The notes below the pieces were generated by a model that was given only the letters and a program-made list of their open reading frames with translations, was not told the DNA's origin and made no database searches. Source: Lepidodermella squamata (lineage: Eukaryota > Animalia > Gastrotricha). From it: a stretch of DNA of 64,000 nt. Each line of letters starts with the position of its first letter. Position 1 is the stretch's first letter. The stretch covers positions 558,001 to 622,000 of the forward strand of contig JBLDXI010000004.1 in NCBI GenBank assembly GCA_047495785.1, in the 5' to 3' direction. Both the position numbers and the translations under genes were made by a program. Of this stretch, positions 38,880 through 51,274 are shown one piece after another.

Positions 38880-40699
38880 AATTCTGCGATGTCCTCTACT
38901 TGTAAAGTTTGAGAATATTATAAAATCAGTTTAAATGATCCAAGGCTTTCCTTGCGTAGATTTCCTGTTTTTATATCTAGACAGAATATTAATCCAAATA
39001 CTTGATCATTTTGGGTAAAATTCTGCTGATCTGTAGACAAGTCCCAACCCCCGCTTCTAGGGATCTTTCGGCACATCAGGAGCTATAATAACAGAGTGAC
39101 TAATACTTTTCTTCCGCAGCAGGCGTGTCGAAACCTATATTAGTCACGCCTCACCTGTCAAATCACCTAAATATTGTGAACTTATTAGGTGTCCAATTGA
39201 TAATTATTGGCTGACGTATCGCAAAATTTGACCCATATTGCTTGATTGACGTCGTCACGTTTCATCTAATAACTCAGTTAGCAGCTTTCACATGGAAAAA
39301 CTACTGATTGCCGAGAATGTACTATAAAAAAGTCCCCAGCAGAAATATAAAATTGAGCCTGCATCGCAATTTGCCCCACTTCAGATTCCCTTCGCGGAAG
39401 AAGTCGCGAACTCCGACACTACACCGAGTACAGTGAGTTAATGCTGTACTGAATTCTACTGTAAAACCGACCGTACTCTCCGAACGACGGGCTGGTCGTA
39501 TGATTTAGAACTAATGCTACAGCAGAAATGCCGTACAACAATGCTGTCGGGGAGTGCTATACGGAAGATTACAGTCAATACAGTATTTCATCAGTAAAGG
39601 AAATTCTTCATCTATGTAGCAAAATTGTGTTTATTGACAATTCTTGACCACAAATTCTTATCCACTCAACAACTTTTGAGGAGGTATTGACGCGTCAAAA
39701 ACGCTGAAAATGCACGACCCCATGAATTTTAGGTGTTTTTGCGGTCAAGGAATATTTGCTTCGGTTTGAGAAAATATAGTTTGTACTTTGCTTTTTTTCA
39801 TTTTACTCACGCCCAACCTACTAAACTGAAACTATAACTTTTGAATCCGATACTGGACCTGGGACTGAAACTGAACGTTTCCAACGCTGCCCAGTCTCCC
39901 CACTACTCTTCTCTCACAGTAAGAGCTGGTATCTAGAAACAACCTATCAATTAATCTAAAGTAAGAAATGACATAAGATCATAGATAAAATAATGCTCAA
40001 AAGAATAGAAGGGATGACCGCCCCTCCGCCCCTCCGCGGGATGTTACGATTTTCAAAGTCAAATTCAAATGATAAAAATGATTAAAATATTGCACGCAAT
40101 CGCCAGGATATTGAACAAATCAACACTGAATAAGTACAATCCATCAGTTTCATGCTAGGCTTGTCGATGGATGAACCCATTAAATCGAGACAATGCCATC
40201 CATATACGTTAAAATAAATCTATTTTTCAAAATCAAATCAAATTCCAAAACTAGGACTTTTTCGTGACAAGGACAATAAAGCTTCTGATATCGAAGAGTT
40301 TCACAAAATAATTTGTAATATTTTTGATAACTTTTACGAAGCTGCCTCTGTCTTTTATGAATTTCATCGAACTAATGGGATTGAGCGATCACAAACTTCC
40401 TAATTTCAAGTCATCAGACCGTCAAGAGAAACCACCGATTCGATAGGAAAATCGATTGAATTTATGAATTATTATCTTCCCAGGCATGGTCTGATTCCCA
40501 TTCAATTGGCCTAATAAGATCAGAGCAATTGAAAAAATCGGGCAGAAGCTCCCGCCGCCCCTCCTCGGGATGTTGCAATTTTCAAAGTCAAAATTAAATT
40601 ATAAAAAGTTGTGAATAAACGGGGAAAATTGCCAGGGCGTTGTGCAAGTAAATCGTAAAGTAGTGGCAGCCAGTTTTAGATCAGGCCTATCGACTATCG

Positions 40700-40984
40700 A
40701 AAATCGGCTAATAATTCTGCGATAGAATTATAACTTCTCTAGACGTTTCAGACTTGATATTTTCCAACACACTCAACACGCAACGGACGTCGATATAAAA
40801 CACATATATTTGGTTAAGGACAGTAAATTTGGTATGGCGAAAGCCTACAGGATGAATGATCCATTTTATGCATCAGGTCGACTGTGATCCTCCGATTGCA
40901 GTGACGCTGTAGGGACCGACTTGATGGTCCGATCGGCGTGGCTCTTCTGAGCCAAATGCCCCAGTAGGTTAGGGGGGGGGGGGG
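40700..40984 (+). mobile_element. 5'-truncated non-LTR retrotransposon end (probable ORF2 C-terminus + structured 3' UTR + G13 tail)
   Basis: Frame ending ...DPFYASGRL* (TGA 40885-40887) resembles I/Tad1-group ORF2 ends; the tail is shared with 61477-61574. Confidence 0.6.
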
Positions 40985-41192
40985 ACTTTTCTGAGGTTAG
41001 TATCTGTGCTGAAACCAGTGTTGCTTCCTAGAACGCGCACTGCTGTTATTTTTCGAAAAACAATTTTCGCTGGTTACTTTCTCTCTGCTTGGCTACATCG
41101 CTGGTATTTCGCTTAATCAATTCGATTACGTCAACATCTACGTCAACATCGATCGACTTTCTGCGAGCACGTGGCGACTCTACTATCGATGA

Positions 41193-41648
41193 ATGGCGTC
41201 TGGCTCGATGAAGCAAACAACACCGAGATGGCCGTCGTGCCTAGCACAACTCATGCAAGAACGCCCGGCAGCTGGAAAAGTGTGGATAGCACTTCCTGCT
41301 ATCCACAAATCGCAATACGGTTCATTGAATATGCCGGCGATGGATGGAATCTTCAACATAGTCCAAGAAATCTGTCGAATCCCACCTGACTCGATGTGCA
41401 TGGATCTTCTGATCTTAATGATTAAGGTAATGGATCTTCGAGGTAAAGTTCACTACATGAATGGAACCGACTACAAAGAAGACAAACCAGTAACTGTCGA
41501 GAAGGCTACGCAAACCTGCCAACAACGTGCGAACAACTCAACGCAGCATACGGGCGCCGCCGTTCACATATTAATTTTCGCTCAAATCACTAATAGTGGC
41601 TGCGGTAAATCAAAACAAAATAAAATTAGCTCTTGGAAAATAATTTGA
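41193..41648 (+). CDS. ORF of unknown function (151 aa)
   Basis: ORF track only; no motif recognised. Confidence 0.2.
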   Translation: MASGSMKQTTPRWPSCLAQLMQERPAAGKVWIALPAIHKSQYGSLNMPAMDGIFNIVQEICRIPPDSMCMDLLILMIKVMDLRGKVHYMNGTDYKEDKPVTVEKATQTCQQRANNSTQHTGAAVHILIFAQITNSGCGKSKQNKISSWKII

Positions 41649-42740
41649 TTTGTTATAAAAAAAATTTATTCGTTGGAAAAAAATTATTTTCTTATAATTA
41701 AATCCTTCACCCGTGGCGGGAGATTTGCGAGCTGCGTGACTGCACGCAAGTTTTAGCTGGCATTTGGCTGTTTAAAGTTTCCATAACACTTTGAAAGGAC
41801 ATTTTGAAGTTCCTGCCCATATCGGTGGTGAAATGATGAAATGAAATGTCTTTTACTTGTGTTAACTAGGTGTCGGCGTTAACAGTTTTGCTTAATTTCG
41901 ACTTTCTGAGTTAGAAGATGTCCTACTCAGATAACTCTTGCTCAGTTTGAGTGAAAGCTTTGACTTGAAAATGATCTTGGCGTTACTTCTGCTGGTATTC
42001 GGATCGAATTTGCTGTGTGAATGCTGCTGCTGAGTTAACATCGTCACCTCTTTCAATAATACGGCGGAGGATTGAAGAATTGAGCGATTGACTGCGGACA
42101 TAAATGATGAAGATAAGCAACAGGTTGCCACCATGTCGTGAGTCGATAAGTATTTAAGTGAGTTGATTTTGATTGAAATTTTTGTCTGTATCTAGTCCAG
42201 TTGCTATAACTGTATTCGTTTCGAATTAATCAATTGGTATCATCAACTCAAGTGGGGTTAATCATGATGAGAATTTACCATCGAAGTTTATCAGAAGACG
42301 AGTGATTCCGGTCTGCGTTAATTTATTTTTTGAAGTGATATCAAATTATCACTATTCACAAGTTGATATGCTTCAAAGTTGATGCTACAAGATTGATAGG
42401 TTTATATAAAGAGTATATCTACAATCAGACCAAGTTTCAATATTTCACGCCATCTTAGTAAGACACGAAGTCATGGAGGCATTGTCAATTGAAATGCGAC
42501 ACGATTGACTACATTAGTTTCTGAATTTCCGCCATAATTGATGAGAAGGAGTTGTAGAAAATATTAGATGAAAAAAATGATATTAATCGAGGGCGTCATC
42601 TAACATTTGCTACATAGTTCAATAACACAACTGTGATCACATCGAATTTCAGCCGAAAATCATTTCAATCTATTTATTTACAACATTACACTTTCATTTA
42701 TCACTAGAGTTACGAATTCAGGACTAACTAGAAGATTAAA

Positions 42741-45700
42741 TCAGCGTTTTTGCAGTTCAATAATTCTTCCTGCGGCACTTTCGTGGACAATAATATTAAA
42801 CTTTTTGTCGTAAATGAATTCGCATAGGCGCCTGTTCTCGTATTTCATCACGTCGATCGCAGTGACAACGCCGGTTTGCTGCGTCGACATTGCCTCGCGG
42901 ACGCGCTTGAGTACTCGATGGCCGCGCTCAATAGAAGAAGTGCCCAATGCCACGAGGTCAAGGCCAGCAGCCAGATGGCTGTGCACGTGCGAACCCATCA
43001 CTGCAAAGAAATAAATTACTTAATCGTCAAAAATAGCGGGTGATACTTACTATGAGAGTAAATAGTATGCTTCTTCCGCATATCGAAGAGCATCGCTTCA
43101 AAGCGTCGAAATTCGCTGGCAGGTGGCAATGTCTTCACTTGATAAGTCACCGCTTTGAAAAGTAATTTTCCAAGGGCGATGACATTGTCAAGGGATTTCA
43201 GAACCACTTGGGCGTTTTCAGCGTCATCGGCGGAGCTGTCATCCTCATTGCAGCGCAGACCCAAGTCCATGGCAGCCTCCACATAGTCTGATTTTTTGGC
43301 CCTTTTTCGGCTCAGTACGGCGTGACTGCTTTGGGCTTCGGCGATCATCGACTTTAAAGTCGCCACAGTTCGCTTCTCCAGAAGTTGGCGCCTGGCTGAG
43401 CTGTCATCGACAGATATATCGGCCAATTTAAAATCGAATTCGCTGAAGGCCTTCGTAGCGATGGTGTGGCCCGTCACCTTGACTGTGACCTTGAAAGCCT
43501 TCTTCTGGCTCGCCGATTTCTCGGTGTAGTCAATTTTCAGCCGACCGCCACCCCTTCTCTCAAGCCCATTCTTGATGCGATCAGCATCCGTAGTCAGGCC
43601 GAGTTCGAGTAGCCGCTGAAGCGTCTTAAATTTCATATATTTATTATACATGAGAAATTCACTAAAATTTATTATTTGCGAACCAATTTAATCAAAGTCT
43701 CAGTGAGACGAGCGAGCATATGCAGAGGATCGGGCAGGATGTGATCAGGGCGGATCCGTAGAAGAGGCATATATTTTTGCCCTTTATGGTTGCATTCGGG
43801 ATTCTGCATGATTTGATCCATGACGGCCAGTCGATGGAATAGGCGGTCACTAACGTCTTCGTCATTTTTAGAGCTTCTTCGCTGCGTACAAAGAGGGCAA
43901 AAATGATCGCCATTTGTACTACCGGCTCCAAAGACTTTAATGACAGCCATAACATCGGCACTCCAGTAGGCCTCGATGTCGTAGTGGTTGCCGCCAAAAT
44001 CATGTCCATGGTCTTGCAGATGATTTATCTGAAACACGTGAATTTATTAATTTTTCAAATATTAGTAATACTTTTTTGGGACCTGTATTAGTTGACTTTT
44101 AACACGCTTAATTTGGGCAAAAATTGGGCATAAATTGGCAAAAAATTTTAAGTTTGCAATTATTTGCAGAAAATTCTAATAATTATTTGAAAATAATCCT
44201 GCCGGGATAATTTTCCATTTTCATTACGCACGGCTTTAGCGAAAAAGTAGAAATTTATCGGGAAAATCACGTAAAACCCTGATGTAACCTACTGTAATCG
44301 GCTGTATTTTACCAGGCTGAACCAAATTTCCATGGGTTTAAATCTCAGTATGCATTCTCTTGTCATTTTTAATTTTTCGAAAGATTTTTATGGCCTCGTG
44401 AAAATAATTCGGCACTCATTTTAGCTAGCATAATCGTATTTCTCTGTTTTTTTTATCACTTACTTATGGGACACGATGTTAAACAAAGGGAATTCAGAAT
44501 AGAGTTTGCCTTATATTGTATGGAGGTTTAGTTTTATTGGTTTAGTTTTATAGTGATGGGTGATGACGATGGGTATTTTATCCGGCGAGATGCTGCAGAT
44601 ATCGCCGTATTGCAGATGGGCATTTTTTTTTATTTACTTAGTTTTATTTATTCCGATTTTTCGTTCTATTAATTTATTTTAATTTCAAGTTTTCCCGTGG
44701 ATCTTAAAAATTCGCAAAATTCATGATTTCGTATAATTGAAAATATCGTTAAATGATACCATTCCCCCAGGATGATTTGTTGATTTTTGTTTGTTGATTG
44801 TTGATGACAAAGCTATTATTTTACTATTTAATTTCAGAATTATTTGGTTATACTACGTTTGATTCCATTTCAATTTTTTTTCGCAAAATTAATGAATAGT
44901 TGCGCATTTTCATGTTTAAAACACAGGAAAAAGCACGCCTTGAATTGAAGACCTTCCTCTATAATATATTTTTCGCATATTTTAGGATTATTTTAAATAA
45001 TCATAATGGAGAGTCGAACCTGCGAGAACGCTTCCGAGAAATAATGGGCAATTGATGCGTGACATTCTGTGTCGAAGAACGTCGCTATCGCATGCTCGGA
45101 TGCAAGATCTGGCCGATTCTTCTTATCCAGCAGGCAGATGGTGAATCGAACCATTTCTTGCGTGCCTTCTGTTCGGCCAGGCGTACCGTCTAGAGCAAGT
45201 CGAATTTTGACTGGATGCTCTGGCTTTAATTCGTGAACAGTGATAAATACAACATCTGTCGTACATCTCGAGAGCAGCCGCCTTTCTTACGCTCAGTCTT
45301 CACATCAATTTCTTCAGCCTCGCTTCCCTCATCGTTTCGCCGCAGTTCATACGACTCATTTCTCAAAGCGCTTTCTACCGACTCACCCTCGATACCACAA
45401 TCGCCGTTATCCTCTTCATCCTGAAATCAGAGAATTTGCTGAAAATGTAAGTCCACTAGTCGCTATGATTTTGCCGAAATTATCGTTTATGACATTCAAA
45501 ATATGTGAGATTTTCAATGGTGGAAATTTGAGGATCTAGCCGTAGCTGAAATGGGCTGTGGAGTTCCTACCGCTTTTTTAACTTCACAAATTTTAGCCAT
45601 TTAAAATTGTTTTTTTTCAGGAAAATGAGAAGAGATTGCCCAACCTTCTTGATTTATCGTATTACCTTTTCTCAAGGGAAAATAAATTTATAGAATTAAT

Positions 45701-46329
45701 TTCGGTATAGAATAATCTTCGGAATTATTTTGTTCCGGAAAAATTCGCGCAAAATTGTAGTGTTATTGATCGAAATTAATGTATTGAGTTGAATATTCTA
45801 TTTTCATAATTTACCTCGGCAGTAAGTAGCGGTGATTTTTTCGTCGTTAAATCGAACATGTTGCTTTGCCTTGATTTTTCTTCTCGCAACACTGCTCGGC
45901 GTACCACTTTATGGGCGCTTGCTATTTTTTCTGTCGCCCTTCCACTCATGACATGAGAGGTTGAAAGACGTATGAGCCTACAAGGATAGACATAAAATAT
46001 CGGAATTATAATTATAATTTGTCGAACTTTCTGGCTGCCTCCACGGGGTCTTCTTCCTCTGCAGCTGCGCCATAGCGCCTTGCCACCTTGTCGTAGGTTC
46101 CTTGGGGACCAGGAAACCACAATTCTACTGAGGCTCCTACTACCGGAGCTTTGTCGTGGTAACACATAACTCGGTTGGCAAAATCGTCTGTGGTGAACTG
46201 CAAACCATCTTCTAGGCGACGCTTCCGCCTCATGCAGCGAGCAGACGGTTCGAGTTCCTGGTACCGCTTGGTAGCAGGTCGACCCAATTTTACCTGTTTT
46301 GGACTTGCAAATATGTTGAAAGAAGTCGC
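42741..46329 (-). pseudogene. RAG1/Transib-related DDE transposase, intron-containing and frameshifted
   Basis: GRPATKRYQEL..RRKRRL (NBD-like), VKIRLALDGT (D1), YWSADV..V.G......FCPLC (D2 + CxxC), PLL.I...ILPDPLH, TIYSHMMGSHV...SSIERGH (HxxxxH + E). At least 6 exons; frameshifts near 46290, 45230 and 45090. Confidence 0.8.
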
Positions 46330-46631
46330 CTGAAAAGATTGGAGGATTTATAAGAAAATTGCTGGAGAAATTCACAAAATTCGTTGATATTTGTTAAATT
46401 TTAATTAAAAATGACATCTTACTCAGGAAATCGCATTATTTTTGCTCGGCGAGTCTAAATGTGTCTTACTTAGTGCTCTCAAACCTCGTAATTACTATTT
46501 TTTTAATTTTACACTGTAAATAATTTCGAGTTGGGGTATAGGGTGTTCAAAACAAGATTAAAAGCAAAACTGGCCTTATAATACTTTTATCCACAATTTG
46601 ACATTCATCGAATTTCATTTGTTAGTAATTA

Positions 46632-47017
46632 CAGCGTGTCCCATAAGTAACGCATGCAAAGAAAGTACACGGCTAAGGGTTCAGAAACTCTGTAATGATA
46701 GATGAAGTCACACAGTTTGACCAAAAAATGTATAGAAAATTTGAAAAAATTAGGAGAACTTCAATGAATTATTTCAGTTGTTAATGGGATTAAAAAAGTC
46801 CGGAGATATTATTTCCAAACGGGTAAAATACCGAAAATTTCCGAACCAGCTACCATCGGGGGTTTCCGGGTTTTCTTCGGTAAATTTTTGATTTTTTCGG
46901 TTAAATCGCGTATAAAAAATTGAATATTCTCTCAGTTGGTTTAATTTAATAAAATGAGTTTAATTTTGTAGAAAAGATTCCAAGTAAAAAATAGTTGCGT
47001 AACTTGTGGACACGCTG
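46632..47017. mobile_element. Tc1/mariner MITE
   Basis: TA|CAGCGTGTCCCATAAGTAACGCA ... TGCGTAACTTGTGGACACGCTG|TA; a related end at ~44460-44480 lies in the transposase intron. Confidence 0.8.
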
Positions 47018-47539
47018 TAGAAGCTTCATCGCGTATCATCGTGGTCGTGATACATTACAAGCTTAAATTTTTAATTCCAAGCTAAATTGGAGGCTTTCAG
47101 GGTACTTGATACCCGAGTAAAAACTTGCGCGCTGATTTTTTATGGTTTTTATTAAGCAAAAAATCACCCGCTAATTGTACAACTTTTCTTAATTGTTTTT
47201 GCAATCGCCAAAAATCACGTAAAATTCACAAACATTACAGGTCAATCTGAAATTACCTTACTCAAACCTAAAATCATCGATTTCTAATTTAAGACTGATT
47301 TTTAATCCTCGAATCTTTATCATCACATTTCATGCCTTAGGGAGGACGAAAAAAAACAAATTCAAATTCATTTTAAAATTCTAAAAACATGGGTTTTTTC
47401 CAAAATATCCCCACTCACGCTAGTTGTGTTTTTTCGACTCGAATTGCTAACATGACATACGGATCACACAGAAAAAAGTCAGACGGAAAATTCATGGTTG
47501 CAAAAAAGACTTATTCGAAATTTTATTGAACTATTTACA

Positions 47540-48131
47540 AGCGTGCCATAATACTTGCTGTACCATGGCTAACGATATTACACGGAGGCGAATTAATTTA
47601 TTTCTGAAACCTCTTGAATGGCATCAAAGCATGAAATTAAATAAGGTGAATTAGCTGTTGATCAAAATATTGAGGGCAAAATCAGATAGGTTCAGCACTT
47701 AAGCTCAATTGAAGTCCTTTCTTCGAAAAGAACCTCCGAAGTTGAATTCGTGTTTTCCCAAATTGACTGAATATCGTCGGTTCGCAGGTATATTCCCTAG
47801 CTCAGTAAGCATATACCACGTCATATTCCAGTCTCCGGTTCGATCGGCTATAAACTCAATGCACGAAGCGCTTCTTTCTGCAAGAAAAGTGCATAAGGTA
47901 AAAATTCTTACTTGGAGCGCTGCTATTCAGCTAATTCATACCCAGTTTGTTAGGAACAAAGTGGCTACTTAATGTAGGATTCTCGCGTTTATAGTTGTGC
48001 CATGACAAACGGCGATAAAAGGCATACTCTTCAGCTTTTCGCTTGGCTTTCGCCCTTAATCTCATGGACTCGTCGCTGTCATATTCAGAATCTCCCGTTG
48101 AATAGCGATCGTCGTCTTCGAGGTTGCTCAT
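47540..48131 (-). CDS. Possible small spliced orphan gene
   Basis: MSNLEDDDRYSTGDSEY... then exon-like ERSASCIEFIADRTGDWNMTWYMLTELG...; splice sites present but the chain is not fully resolved. Confidence 0.3.
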
Positions 48132-48934
48132 GATGAAAAAAATCGATAAATTCGCTCTGAAAACTTTGCCTAATTTCTACATTATTAGGATCAGATATAT
48201 CCAACTGTTTCTGTCATGTGACTAAAGGCGACTAATGGCGTTTGAAATACTGTGCCCATGATAAGTTATTAGATGCAACAATAACGATTTCAAACGCATT
48301 GCGAATTATCGTCACGTTTTCTAATTAACTATGGGGAATAAGTTGTAATCAAAATTTTGGCTACGCCCGCTGTCGGACCCTTAAATTCATTCCAATTCTA
48401 ATCTCGTCTCTTCTTCGAAAATCCTGAAAAATCTGGCTGGGTAATGCAGATTTATTTTCATGAAGTACCATCACGCGTAGTAACTATGGAGGAAATTACG
48501 TTCTTAAAATTTGTAAAATCAGCTTCGATTCGGATAATTGAGATATTTTAGACCACGGATACTCACCATTTGAAAAGGGCAAAGTGGTGTTCCCTGGAGG
48601 ATTTAGGGAAGCCGAAAAAATTGAAAAATTCCTAGTTTGAAATCCACGTCAAGTTCCGTTGTGAAATTTTATAATTTCAGATCGGATAAATTTGCGACGA
48701 AAGTTGGCCAAATGCGTTATAAATTGCGAAAACTGGAGTGTAAATAGCAAAACTCGCATATTTTGTTGGAAAAATGAAGAATTGCATTCTCCCACCTTGG
48801 ATGAAAATTCAGATTTTACTGTATTGCGGCGTTTAATGATAGACAATATTTCAAGGGGAAATCCGTTTCATTAAAAATCATGAAATTTAGAAATATTTGT
48901 GAAGTAAATATTTTTTATGCTTAAATGAATTAGT

Positions 48935-49336
48935 TCAAAAAATTACGTTGTCATCAAATGATGTCGTTTCTTCTTCTTCCAGGAAAGATCTCTGCAGGGC
49001 GTTTGATCGAGCCATATCACGCGGCAAGTCTGGCTCTGTTAAAGAAGCAACTGGCGAGACCGGTCGCCTTGACGTCTTCGCATTGTTGGCCCTAGGTGGC
49101 GGAACTTCAGCCGAAGTTCCTGGCGGCGCTGTTCCACTGCAACCTGGCTTGTTACGGTCGATCGGATTCTTCCTGGGTGGATTACTTGGCTTCACTGAAA
49201 AGTAGTTGAGCTGGGTCCCTGATGTGCTCCTCGCCACCTTGGGGATTCTACCGAGAGGGAAACAGGACTCAGCTATTGGCTCTTCCGAGCTCGATTCCAA
49301 GCCCGATTCAGCACCAAGAGGCCGCTTTTGAGCCAT
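48935..49336 (-). CDS. Low-complexity Pro/Ser-rich ORF (first exon of an unknown gene)
   Basis: GC-rich 133-aa ATG ORF ending near a GTAATT donor. Confidence 0.4.
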   Translation of the reverse strand: MAQKRPLGAESGLESSSEEPIAESCFPLGRIPKVARSTSGTQLNYFSVKPSNPPRKNPIDRNKPGCSGTAPPGTSAEVPPPRANNAKTSRRPVSPVASLTEPDLPRDMARSNALQRSFLEEEETTSFDDNVIF

Positions 49337-49929
49337 TAGGTACGAAATTAATCAATTCTAAGCAAATCGTGCGATGCAGAGATAGTAAATGCTGAAAGGC
49401 TGAAGAATCTGGAGAATAATGAGGTAATCAAGCCTTGATGAGTTAAGAATTATTATTTATCGAAATTCAGCCCATTTTCAAAGATTTTAATGGTTTAAGA
49501 TTTCATTCGCTTCCAAGGGCAAGGAATATTTTTTTCAATAATAAGCAATATTACGCGAGTACCAAAATTATCGGGAGAAAAAACGACTTCGCGACGGATA
49601 GGCTTTTTCGACTTTATTCACTTCTTAGATTTTTAAGTAGATTTTTCTTTATTTTCAATAATCGAAATTTCAGCAAAATTCAGAGTGCGAATACAAAAAA
49701 AATTCGGTTTTCAGGGTGGTTGCAAATGATCTAATAATGCGCATCCCTTAATTAGGTCATTAGCGGACACGTGATTCTTTCAACTCTTCGATATGCTCTA
49801 TTTCGCATTTAAAATATTCATGTCGCATTCCAATCCAACTAAAAACGATCCGACTATCCTCATTAGTGGCTTTTACACTGGCTTTTGATTTTAGTTTGTT
49901 CTGCCCATCGTTAAAAGGGTTGGCTACGC

Positions 49930-50260
49930 CAGAGTTGTCCACGGGCCGGGTTTAACCCGGGCCGGGTTTGGGCGGGTACGGGTTTTCCAATCCTCTGGTT
50001 TTCAAAACCCGTCTTCTAGGATTTCTTTGCAATTGCTTTCAGTAAATTTGACAGTAAGATTTTAAGTTATTCCCGTAGCAAAACATCAATATAATGCCAA
50101 CTTCGAGTAAAAATGACGTCTCTTTGAAGTTTTTGAGCATAGAAAAGGAAGAAGGAATACTAATTTCGTGTGACTTTTCTTCTACGGGCCGGGCCGGGTT
50201 TGGAGATATTTACTGACGGGCTCGGTCGGGCCTCAATTTTTCGACCCGTGGACAACTCTG
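49930..50260. mobile_element. hAT MITE (331 bp)
   Basis: TIR CAGAGTTGTCCACGGG, perfect 8-bp TSD GGCTACGC, CGGG subterminal repeats. Confidence 0.95.
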
Positions 50261-51209
50261 GGCTACGCTATTCTCTTAATTCTGTCATTAAATGATGCGC
50301 ACTGCAATTTTAGTAAACTATGCTTGCTCGACGCCACTTATTTATGGTCATTTTTAGGAAAACGGCATTTGCGCATTGGCTAACAAAAATATAGTCATTT
50401 TAGCTGCAAAACTTGGTGATGGCAAGTTTGACGCAATCTCAGAACAGCTTATTAAGGAGGATTAATTTTGAAAAAAATTTTGGTCGATAAAAAGCACTAA
50501 ATTATTGACAGATTTTTTCTTAATTTTAGCGATTGGATTTTCAATATTTAATCTTTCGAAATGAGTCGGTTTTCGGGCTGCGCTGAGATTGCGTTTCGTT
50601 TCTGCCAAGAAACTCATCAGAAACTTTTCACCAGTTTTCCAGATTTTTCTCAACGCTATAATACAAGTAGTCGTATAAAAATTAGTAATAATAGTTTTTT
50701 ATTGTCTAATCGTTGTTTTCGAACAAATTATTTTATCGCCCCGGTTCTATCGCTTCAGAACATATAGGAATAAATTAGGGTTATTTAATAGGATTTAGAT
50801 ATAGAGCTCAGTATAGAGCCCTACATCTGAGATTAAAAAGCGTACCTCATACAAAAAGTGGGTTCGGATTTAAATGATTTTTTAGGCGAATATATTTTGG
50901 AAGAATTGATGCAGAGTTTTTTCATTTCAAATGTGAATTGCAAAGTTCTGGATGTGGCGATGTGTTTTTAAGAAAAGGATTTGATTTGCCACCCTAAGGT
51001 GCGAGCCTAATAAAATCCAACTCAAAAATTTCCCAAATAACATGGCTCTATAGGAACTTCTGTTAATTTCGAAAAATGACTGCATAATCATAGTTTTTTG
51101 ATGATTTGGTCGATTAAAAATTACGAATTTCATATTTAATGGAAAAATAACCTTTATACATATTTTTTTCTCATGAAATCGTGATTTTTAGCCATACTGT
51201 GATTAGGAA

Positions 51210-51274
51210 TTGGGGTTAGGGGTTAGGGTTAGGTTTAAGGTTTGGTTAGGATTCAGGAATAAGGATAGGGTTAG
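51210..51274 (+). repeat. Degenerate interstitial TTAGGG-like repeats
   Basis: GGGGTTAGGGGTTAGGGTTAGGTTTAAGG... Confidence 0.7.

Noticed and set aside
40015-40610. Two ~50-bp direct repeats (CCGCCCCTCC..GGGATGTT..ATTTTCAAAGTCAAA) as LTRs
   Set aside because: Short, diverged, no TG...CA ends, PBS or PPT; likely old repeat remnants.
40884-40984. Hammerhead, twister or HDV ribozyme
   Set aside because: No CUGAnGA + GAAA core or other diagnostic catalytic motif found on either strand.
41171-41648. RAG2-like kelch gene convergent with the RAG1-like transposase
   Set aside because: Orientation fits ProtoRAG, but there are no GG kelch repeats or PHD finger and the ORF is too short.
51210-51274. 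True telomere or chromosome-healing site
   Set aside because: Only a few degenerate units, internal, typical of repeat-associated TTAGGG-like tracts.
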